Assembly (NCBI GenBank): GCA_030586555.1
Contig: JAURAC010000051.1
Coordinates: forward strand, 1-14,166
DNA length: 14,166 nucleotides
Direction: 5' to 3'
Source of the DNA: Candidatus Subterrananammoxibius californiae
GTDB taxonomy: Bacteria; Planctomycetota; Brocadiia; Brocadiales; Subterrananammoxibiaceae
In this document: piece by piece, positions 1 to 7,340 of the stretch
Position numbering within the stretch: the first letter of the stretch is position 1
Layout of the letters: each line of letters starts with the position of its first letter
Made by a program: the position numbers and the translations under genes
Notes under the pieces: generated by a model
The model's input: only the letters and a program-made list of their open reading frames with translations
The model's database searches: none
Told to the model about the DNA's origin: nothing

Positions 1-2
1 GG

Positions 3-1154
3 AATGTCATGACCATTGCCTTTGCAACCGTGAGTGCCTTTATTGTTACAACGTTTTTATTTTACGTAACCTGGTATCTGCGCATAGGACGTGGTGTATT
101 TGTTATAAATGGGATTTTAGTTACTTTTTTCATTATAGGGTGGAGGATTTTGTATAGTTATTTGCTAGAACAGTCCATGTTTAGGCAAAACGTTTTAATT
201 ATCGGCGCTGGCTGGGCTGGAAAGAGTGTTTTGCAGGAAATAAACAGGTCAAAGAAATCAGGTTTAAATGTAGTTGGTTTCGTTGATGACGACCCTTTAA
301 AAAAAGGTAAATTTGTTGAAAATATACCTATTTTAGGTGACAGATATACTTTAAATAACATTATTAGCCAGAATCATGTTACCACAGTTATTGTAGCAAT
401 CACACATGAAAAGCATGCCGATTTGATAAAGGCGCTGATTAATTGTTCATGGAATGGAATAGATGTAGTTGACATGCCTACAACCTATGAACAGCTCACA
501 GGGAAGATTCCTTTTAAACATATTAACAATATGTGGATGTTGCACATCGCCATTGGCAAACCCAAACTATATAGCAGGTTGATTAAGCCTATTTTAGAAT
601 CAATTATCGCGTTAATCCTATTTGTTTTGTTAATACCTGTTATGGTGGTTATCGCGATAGTAATAAAATATGATTCCAGGGGCAGGATTTTTTATACACA
701 GGAACGTGTTGGCAAGGATGGTAAAAAATTTACCATTATGAAATTCCGTACCATGGTGGAGAATGCTGAGTCGCTTACCGGTGCGGTTTATGCCGCAGAT
801 AATGATACCAGAATTACAAAGAGTGGGAAATTTTTAAGAAAGTGGAGATTGGATGAAATCCCGCAATTGTTAAATGTCATTAAGGGTGATATGAGTTTAG
901 TTGGACCACGCCCGGAACGGGAGATCTTTATAAGGGAGTTTGAAGAAAAAATACCTTTTTATACCCAGAGGCTTTTGGTGAGACCAGGCTTAACTGGCTG
1001 GGCGCAGGTAAAGTTCCCTTATGCATCTTCAATAGAACAAACAGAAGAAAAATTACAATACGACCTCTATTATATTAAGAACATGTCGTTTATTCTGGAT
1101 TTTGTGGTATTTTTAAAAACCATTAGAGTAGTACTTTTTGGAAAGGGAAAATAA
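3..1154 (+). CDS. Polyprenyl-phosphate glycosylphosphotransferase (WcaJ/WbaP-like exopolysaccharide sugar transferase), probably 5'-truncated by window edge
   Basis: The frame is open from position 3, upstream of the ORF-track ATG at 9. It has N-terminal TM segments, a Rossmann-like VLIIGAGWAG and GFVDDD, and a C-terminal Bac_transf domain with KFRTM, RLDEIPQLLNVIKGDMSLVGPRPE, RPGLTGWAQV and YDLYYIKN. Confidence 0.93.
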   Translation, partial: NVMTIAFATVSAFIVTTFLFYVTWYLRIGRGVFVINGILVTFFIIGWRILYSYLLEQSMFRQNVLIIGAGWAGKSVLQEINRSKKSGLNVVGFVDDDPLKKGKFVENIPILGDRYTLNNIISQNHVTTVIVAITHEKHADLIKALINCSWNGIDVVDMPTTYEQLTGKIPFKHINNMWMLHIAIGKPKLYSRLIKPILESIIALILFVLLIPVMVVIAIVIKYDSRGRIFYTQERVGKDGKKFTIMKFRTMVENAESLTGAVYAADNDTRITKSGKFLRKWRLDEIPQLLNVIKGDMSLVGPRPEREIFIREFEEKIPFYTQRLLVRPGLTGWAQVKFPYASSIEQTEEKLQYDLYYIKNMSFILDFVVFLKTIRVVLFGKGK

Positions 1155-1165
1155 CCTGGTTTGAT

Positions 1166-1202
1166 GTTTCAATCCTCATCCAGCCTGAAGGCTGGATGCT
1201 AT
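1166..1202 (-). repeat. Solitary heterologous 37-nt CRISPR repeat terminating the array (ATAGCATCCAGCCTTCAGGCTGGATGAGGATTGAAAC)
   Basis: It shares the GGATTGAAAC 3' end with the array repeat and has a perfect 9-bp stem CATCCAGCC/GGCTGGATG (1177-1185/1190-1198). A 33-nt spacer-sized gap (1203-1235) separates it from the next repeat. Confidence 0.8.
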
Positions 1203-1235
1203 TTAATTCCAAAATAAAGAAGCCTTATTAAATGA

Positions 1236-2587
<1,352 letters not shown>

Positions 2588-2771
2588 GCCATACTCATAA
2601 CTTACTAAATATAAACAACTTCTTTGCTATTTTGTGCGTATCCATCATTTTTCATCTTAAAAAATCTTCGGTTATCAAAGGGCATTTTGCTAACATCGCT
2701 ATTTAAAACATCTTTTAAGCACTGCGAACCGTGCATGAAAATCATGTGAACTTCAGGTTCGCAGCAGCATT
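2588..2771 (-). promoter_or_regulatory. CRISPR leader with type I-C-like motifs
   Basis: AT-rich region between cas2 and the first repeat. It has an inverted pair CTGCGAACC (2722-2730)/GGTTCGCAG (2756-2764), a degenerate copy TGCGTATCC near 2635, GTTATCAAAG at 2671, and an IHF-like TATAAACAACTTC at 2610-2622 (7 of 9 defined positions of WATCAANNNNTTR). Confidence 0.85.
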
Positions 2772-3062
2772 TTAGACAATCAACGGGCCCTCCTGATCAA
2801 CGGACGCCTTTGCGCCGACATGCTCTACGCGATGCTTCCAGTTAGAACCGAGATAATAAAATCTCAGACTGTCTTTCTTTGGATCAATTTCCGAAATTAA
2901 CCTATCTTTCAGCATCGCCCATTGCGCCGGATCAACAATACATTCAAATACAGAGTATTGAACCCTCTGCCCGAAATCCTTACAGGCACGCGCTACCCTG
3001 CGCAGACGGCGCTGTCCTTTTCCCTCGTCAGTGGCAACATCATAACTTATCAGCACAAACAT
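2772..3062 (-). CDS. cas2: CRISPR-associated endonuclease Cas2 (type I-C)
   Basis: 96 aa with MFVLISYDV...RRLRRVARAC...GQRVQYSVFEC...DSLRFYYLG; adjacent to the leader; AAGGTG SD upstream. Confidence 0.98.
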   Translation of the reverse strand: MFVLISYDVATDEGKGQRRLRRVARACKDFGQRVQYSVFECIVDPAQWAMLKDRLISEIDPKKDSLRFYYLGSNWKHRVEHVGAKASVDQEGPLIV

Positions 3063-3085
3063 TTTTCACCTTCTAATCTCCTATT

Positions 3086-3137
3086 CATCCTTCGACAGGC
3101 TCAGGATGACAATGTCATGGTGAGCTTGTCGAACCAT
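3086..3137. repeat. REP-like inverted pair of ~25-nt imperfect palindromes between cas1 and cas2
   Basis: CATCCTTCGACAGGCTCAGGATGAC (3086-3110) and GTCATGGTGAGCTTGTCGAACCAT (3114-3137) are inverted copies of one unit, each self-complementary at its ends. Confidence 0.75.
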
Positions 3138-4168
3138 CACTTCCAAATAAATGGCGGATAATTGTCCATGTCCCCGCGTAGATAACGCGCCATCAGCAAT
3201 GCCTGCACATAAAAAAGAATTCCAATAGAAACCTTCTCCTTTAAAAACGGATGCTCTATCTCCTCCTGCTTACGCTTCTGATATGCAACCAGAACGGTCT
3301 TCCTCGTGTCATCATCCATCCATACGGCGCCTGATTCCTTTTTCTGAAATCCCTTTCCCTGCACCTGACAAAGGTTGATAAGCGAAAGAGCCAATCTGTC
3401 AGCAATAAAAGGACGAAACTCCTCCATCAGGTCAAGCGCAAGTCCGTATCTGCCGGGACGGTCTCTGTGCAGGAAACCGACAGCAGGGTCAAGCCCCACA
3501 GTTTCAAGCGCAGAACGCACATCGTGCATCACAATGGTATAGAGAAATGACAGCAGGCAGTTCACATTGTCCAGCGGAGGTCTCCTGTTTCTTTCACTAA
3601 ATTTAAAATCGTCTTTCTGTGAAGTAATCAAATGATTAAAGACACCAAAGTATGTGGATGCTGATTCTCCTTCGACTCCGCGTGAAATATCCAGTGTCAA
3701 TTCAGAACTCAACCTCTTCAGGTAATGAGCAAGCCTTTGCGAGGCCTGCGTAATCGCATCAGCATCAATCTTGTCTGAGTGGTCTCTCAGGGCGCGCTGA
3801 AGCACGGTGCGGCAGTTGGCTATCTTGCCGGTCAATACTGCCTGTGCTATCAAGGCGGAAGTTTTCAAATTATCGGCTCTGCGATATTGTTCACGCCTCA
3901 GGAGGACATTGCCAGACACGGGACCCTGAACCTTTGCAAGAAAATCTCCGTTCTCTGTGAGAAAACTGATTGTCACGCCATTCTCCGCACAGAATCCCAT
4001 TAAGTAGGGGCTGCATGATACCTGCCCGAAGCAGACAATCCCGCCGAGTGTATGGACGGGCAAACGCAATCGTATTTCATCATCTGCTTTTATTACAACA
4101 GTTTCGCCTTCTTTAAATAAATACGAACCCTGCGTTGTTACAAATAGCGTATTAAGAAGTTTTTTCAT
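3137..4168 (-). CDS. cas1: CRISPR-associated endonuclease Cas1, type I-C (Dvulg subtype)
   Basis: 343 aa with MKKLLNTLFVTTQGSYL, GPVSGNVLLRREQYR, RGVEG, RRPPLDNVNCLLSFLY, GFLHRDRPGR, LALDLMEEFR and YPPFIWK. Confidence 0.99.
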   Translation of the reverse strand: MKKLLNTLFVTTQGSYLFKEGETVVIKADDEIRLRLPVHTLGGIVCFGQVSCSPYLMGFCAENGVTISFLTENGDFLAKVQGPVSGNVLLRREQYRRADNLKTSALIAQAVLTGKIANCRTVLQRALRDHSDKIDADAITQASQRLAHYLKRLSSELTLDISRGVEGESASTYFGVFNHLITSQKDDFKFSERNRRPPLDNVNCLLSFLYTIVMHDVRSALETVGLDPAVGFLHRDRPGRYGLALDLMEEFRPFIADRLALSLINLCQVQGKGFQKKESGAVWMDDDTRKTVLVAYQKRKQEEIEHPFLKEKVSIGILFYVQALLMARYLRGDMDNYPPFIWK

Positions 4169-4176
4169 TTTTCCCC

Positions 4177-4216
4177 TTGACTAACTATGTCTTTTATATG
4201 TACAATTATTTGTACA
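4177..4216 (+). promoter_or_regulatory. yefM-yoeB sigma70 promoter and autorepression operator
   Basis: -35 TTGACT (4177-4182), 18-nt spacer, -10 TACAAT (4201-4206). Two TGTACA palindromic cores at 4199-4204 and 4211-4216 are 12 bp apart centre-to-centre, as in the E. coli yefM-yoeB operator. SD GGAGG at 4227-4231. Confidence 0.85.
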
Positions 4217-4236
4217 ATAATATCATGGAGGTTTTA

Positions 4237-4488
4237 ATGACTACAATAACATATTCAGCCGCCCGTGCCGGTCTTGCCCAAGCAATGAAAAAAGCATGCA
4301 AAGACCATGAGCCTATAATCATTACCCGGCAAAAAAATGAGTCTGTGGTAATGCTCTCGCTTGAGGATTTTACCGCCCTTGAGGAAACTGCATACCTCCT
4401 GCGTGTGCCTAAAAACGCAAGACGTCTTCTGGAGTCCATTGCGGAACTTGAACGCGGCGGCGGCAAAGCCCGCAAACTTGCCGAATGA
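4237..4488 (+). CDS. yefM: YefM/Phd family antitoxin (83 aa)
   Basis: [17 protein letters not shown]...[10 protein letters not shown]...[34 protein letters not shown]. The start is reassigned from the TTG at 4177 to the ATG at 4237 after GGAGG. Confidence 0.96.
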   Translation: MTTITYSAARAGLAQAMKKACKDHEPIIITRQKNESVVMLSLEDFTALEETAYLLRVPKNARRLLESIAELERGGGKARKLAE

Positions 4489-4739
4489 AACTTATCTTTT
4501 CCGAACACGCATGGGAAGACTACCTGTACTGGCAAGAGACCGACAGAAAAATGTTCAAACGCATTAACCGCCTCATTCGCGAGATTATGCGAAATCCATT
4601 CACGGGCTCTGGCAAGCCGGAGCCGCTTAAACACGGCCTTTCCGGATACTGGTCGAGGCGTATCAACGACGAACACAGAATAGTCTATCGCCCCGCTGAA
4701 GATGCCATCTTTATAGCTCAACTGCGTTATCATTATTGA
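4485..4739 (+). CDS. yoeB: Txe/YoeB family ribosome-dependent mRNase toxin (84 aa)
   Basis: [20 protein letters not shown]...[26 protein letters not shown]...RYHY; ATGA overlap with the antitoxin; C-terminal RYHY intact. Confidence 0.97.
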   Translation: MKLIFSEHAWEDYLYWQETDRKMFKRINRLIREIMRNPFTGSGKPEPLKHGLSGYWSRRINDEHRIVYRPAEDAIFIAQLRYHY

Positions 4740-4778
4740 CGCTGCTCCTTAAATTGTACGATAAAATGATTTCCAAGG

Positions 4779-5417
4779 TTATTCTCCTTCAATAGCCTTC
4801 ATCAGATAACTGCTTGCCTTTTTGCTTGCCTTTGGTAAACAGAGTTCAACTAACGAACATTTCTTGCACTTTGCCGAATACTCAGCCTTCGGCGTTATTC
4901 CCGATTCAATAAGCTCATGCACCTTCTTTGCTGCCTCTTCTGTTTCCATCCTCAATGCCTTGTCAAAACCCACATCTTCTCTCCGCCGCGTCTGACCATA
5001 AAATAGCGATCCTTCAGGAATCTCAACATTGAGCATTTCTTCCAGACACAATGCCTGAGCGCAAAGCTGAACCTTATCGCAGTTGTCCGACTTTGGCTTG
5101 CCGCGCTTATATTCAACCGGAAAGGGAATCCACTTATCACCATGTTTGTGAAACTCCACCACATCAGCCTTGCCGATGAGTCCAAGCCGGAGCGACCGCA
5201 TCGGCACGCCGTACTCAATGCGGATATTCCTCCTTGATTCTTTATTTGCAGTGTCAACCTTGTCATGCATGACCCTGCCTTCGGCAGTAAACAGGTTCTC
5301 GCTCCACAACTGCTCAATATGAATCAAGGCGCACTGCCTTTCACAGAACATAAAGTGCTGTAAGGCTGAAAGCTGAATTAAATCATCCTCGGTGTAAGAA
5401 TAGGTCCTATTAGTCAT
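4779..5417 (-). CDS. cas4: CRISPR-associated exonuclease Cas4
   Basis: LSALQHFMFCERQCALIH, GKADVVEF, PVEYKRGK, VQLCAQALCLEEM and C-terminal CKKCSLVELC Fe-S cysteines. Confidence 0.98.
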   Translation of the reverse strand: MTNRTYSYTEDDLIQLSALQHFMFCERQCALIHIEQLWSENLFTAEGRVMHDKVDTANKESRRNIRIEYGVPMRSLRLGLIGKADVVEFHKHGDKWIPFPVEYKRGKPKSDNCDKVQLCAQALCLEEMLNVEIPEGSLFYGQTRRREDVGFDKALRMETEEAAKKVHELIESGITPKAEYSAKCKKCSLVELCLPKASKKASSYLMKAIEGE

Positions 5418-5428
5418 ATATGTCTTAT
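5400..5428. repeat. Degenerate 9-mer tandem repeat overlapping the cas4 start codon
   Basis: ATAGGTCCT ATTAGTCAT ATATGTCTT AT; 24/29 identical to the copy at 5602-5630. Confidence 0.7.
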
Positions 5429-5439
5429 TTTCTTTTGTC

Positions 5440-6000
5440 CTATTTCCTGTTTTTGCGAGCCCGATAGAGTCTTTCCGTAAACCCGCCCTCTTTCAGGAAC
5501 TCCTTTTCCAACGCCCGCAGTTGCTGGTCAAGCAGGTAGTTTGTCTGGTGAATCAGGCAAATTAGTGCATTCGCTGCCACTTCTGGCATCGAATGCTCAG
5601 CATAGGTCTTATAAGTCATATAAGACCTATCTTTGCTGTGCGCCAGTTTGCGCACAGCAAGCGCCTGCTCATGCTCCTTCCCCCAAAGTTTTAGCCCCTT
5701 CTGCCTCAAAAAATCCTGAAAATCAAGGAGCAGTTCTTCAAGGCTTGCCCGTGCCACTCCGATGAGCTTCAGTTCTGTTTTTTTGGACGTACCTGATGCC
5801 ATGCTCCCCTCTGCAATATTCTGCTTGCCGCTGCGTGCCGCCTGCACCATCTGGTCATGGGTGCGTGAACGCTTATCAATAAAGCGATTACAAAATACCG
5901 CTGTAGCGTCAAAAACAATCTCAGACATCTTGTAAGACTGTAGCTTCCGATACCCGCCATGAGGCGGGATGAGTTGAGGGAATTCTTTTTGGTCGATCAT
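5440..6000 (-). CDS. Four-helix-bundle protein (23S rRNA IVP / Avd-like) with four-helix-bundle suffix domain, 186 aa
   Basis: IPPHGGYRKLQSY, RTHDQMVQAARSGKQNIAEGS, ELKLIGVARASLEELLLDFQDFLR, and C-terminal ANALICLIHQTNYLLDQQLRALEKEFLKEGGFTERLY. The start is reassigned to the ATG at 6000 (after AAGGGG), which removes the overlap with cas7. Confidence 0.9.
   Translation of the reverse strand: MIDQKEFPQLIPPHGGYRKLQSYKMSEIVFDATAVFCNRFIDKRSRTHDQMVQAARSGKQNIAEGSMASGTSKKTELKLIGVARASLEELLLDFQDFLRQKGLKLWGKEHEQALAVRKLAHSKDRSYMTYKTYAEHSMPEVAANALICLIHQTNYLLDQQLRALEKEFLKEGGFTERLYRARKNRK
5602..5630. repeat. 9-mer tandem repeat forming an 11-bp perfect hairpin inside the four-helix-bundle gene
   Basis: ATAGGTCTTAT-AAGTCAT-ATAAGACCTAT; encodes RSYMTYKTY. 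Confidence 0.75.
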
Positions 6001-6019
6001 GCTGTGTTGTCCCCTTTTT

Positions 6020-6919
6020 TTATACAGCCAATGTTGTAATAGTAACTCCAGCCTGCAAGTTCTTATCGTCAACAGTTACTTTATAATCGGAAAAACTGCG
6101 TGGACTTCCAACGCTGTCTTTCTTCTTAACGGTTATTCGTTCTAATAACTTATGCGCTGGTGCATTGCCAGTCTCTTTTTCATGACTAAAAATGTAAATG
6201 CCTCTGCAAGCCATCATTCCCCGGCTGGCTGACCTGTCTATGTCCCACATATCCTGAACCGCTGTCCAGAAAAGTTCTAAGTCCTCGCTTGATAGACCAG
6301 TATCTTTTGCTAAACTCGGCGAAAAGAATCCATGAGACTTGTAAAGACCGTATGGCAGAAGAGCTTTACGTCCCATTGTTCCTGTCGTCGCCTTTTCGTC
6401 TTCGCTTTCACGGGGTTTGTCGCCGGGATTTTCAAGAGCTACTCTTGTAATGGAAATATCAAGCGGGACAATGGGATCAACAGACCTGCCGAATGTTAAC
6501 TGAATAGGACCCCGCACCTGACCGCAGTTATATCCTTCATTCTTTTTGCCAACTAATACTCCTCCGAATGCCCTGATATCATAAAAGTTATTGCACATCC
6601 ATTCACGCGCTTTGTCTATTTTGGAATCTTCTCCCTTTTTAGCATCAACGGCCTCATATGCCCGCTTCTTGTGGTCAACCAAATAACTACGGTTCTGGAT
6701 ATAAATTTTATATTTTTCCTTATTACCGTGATATGTATCAATCCAGTTCCGTACCTTCCGTTTCAAACATACATCTGTCACCATGCCTTGCATTGTCTCA
6801 GGATCAACACGCGGCAGGTTCCCAGCATCAGGGTCGCCATTTGGGTTGCCATCAGTTACGTCAAACAGCAAAGCAAAATCATGCCGTTTTGTTACATCAT
6901 TGATAATTGAGTTACTCAT
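6020..6919 (-). CDS. cas7: Type I-C Cascade backbone Cas7/Csd2
   Basis: DGNPNGDPDAGNLPRVD, VTDVCLKRKVRN, FYDIRAFG, GQVRGPIQL, TMGRK, DRSASRG; SD AAGGAGG. Confidence 0.97.
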   Translation of the reverse strand: MSNSIINDVTKRHDFALLFDVTDGNPNGDPDAGNLPRVDPETMQGMVTDVCLKRKVRNWIDTYHGNKEKYKIYIQNRSYLVDHKKRAYEAVDAKKGEDSKIDKAREWMCNNFYDIRAFGGVLVGKKNEGYNCGQVRGPIQLTFGRSVDPIVPLDISITRVALENPGDKPRESEDEKATTGTMGRKALLPYGLYKSHGFFSPSLAKDTGLSSEDLELFWTAVQDMWDIDRSASRGMMACRGIYIFSHEKETGNAPAHKLLERITVKKKDSVGSPRSFSDYKVTVDDKNLQAGVTITTLAV

Positions 6920-7340
6920 TGTTAGCCTCCTTTTCCTTGTTCTTCATATTTTCTTTTTGAGCCTTATACGCTATAGCGTCTGCAATATCTTTTGCCCTTT
7001 GATGGTAGTAGCCGAGAGCAAATAAGCCCTGTTGTTCAAGGTTGAGTGTTTTCGGGAACGACTTCAGGTTTGGGTAAGTAATATTTGTGATCTTTGCCTG
7101 AAGGCCTTTATAAGCACCTTCTTTCTCCTTATCCTTACGCAGTTTCTCAAGATTAGCCTGCGCCCTTTGTAGAAGTATTCCAAAGACAGATGCAGGGGCG
7201 CTGGATGCAGACCCATAAAACCGTCCTACAACGGTAGTATTTGTTTTGCCCTGAGCTTCATACTGAATTGATTCAATGGCCCTGAGCAGTCTGCCGCATA
7301 GATAGGCAGGCTCTTTGTTTGTCAATTCAAGTTGTTCCAT
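6912..7340 (-). CDS. cas11: Cas11c small subunit translated in-frame from an internal start in cas8c (142 aa)
   Basis: The minus strand reads CAGGAGGGGAAAATG at Met455 of Cas8c (MEQLELTNKEPAYLCGRL), where type I-C systems are known to initiate Cas11c. Confidence 0.8.
   Translation of the reverse strand: MEQLELTNKEPAYLCGRLLRAIESIQYEAQGKTNTTVVGRFYGSASSAPASVFGILLQRAQANLEKLRKDKEKEGAYKGLQAKITNITYPNLKSFPKTLNLEQQGLFALGYYHQRAKDIADAIAYKAQKENMKNKEKEANNE

Noticed and set aside
1203..1235. Trailer spacer as an autoregulatory guide against the cas3 promoter
   Set aside because: Only a ~9-nt AT-rich match (AATAAAGAA near 11695) was seen, which is expected by chance. No spacer had a convincing match elsewhere in the window by eye.
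2879..3161. Two + strand ORFs (65 and 79 aa) over cas2 and the REP-like doublet
   Set aside because: Antisense to cas2/cas1 with no recognisable features; the tail of one is just the translated palindrome.
4177..4236. 20-aa N-terminal extension of YefM from a TTG start
   Set aside because: The TTG is the -35 box and the extension spans the operator; the SD points to ATG 4237.
4206..4733. 175-aa minus-strand ORF co-directional with the cas operon
   Set aside because: It lies entirely antisense to well-conserved yefM-yoeB, with no recognisable motif or clear SD; most likely a shadow ORF.
5400..6000. Diversity-generating retroelement suggested by the Avd-like gene
   Set aside because: There is no reverse transcriptase and no ~100-nt TR/VR pair with adenine-specific mismatches; the 29-nt repeats are too short and differ at non-A positions too.
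6001..6072. N-terminal extension of the four-helix-bundle ORF
   Set aside because: It overlaps the cas7 3' end; family similarity and the SD support ATG 6000.
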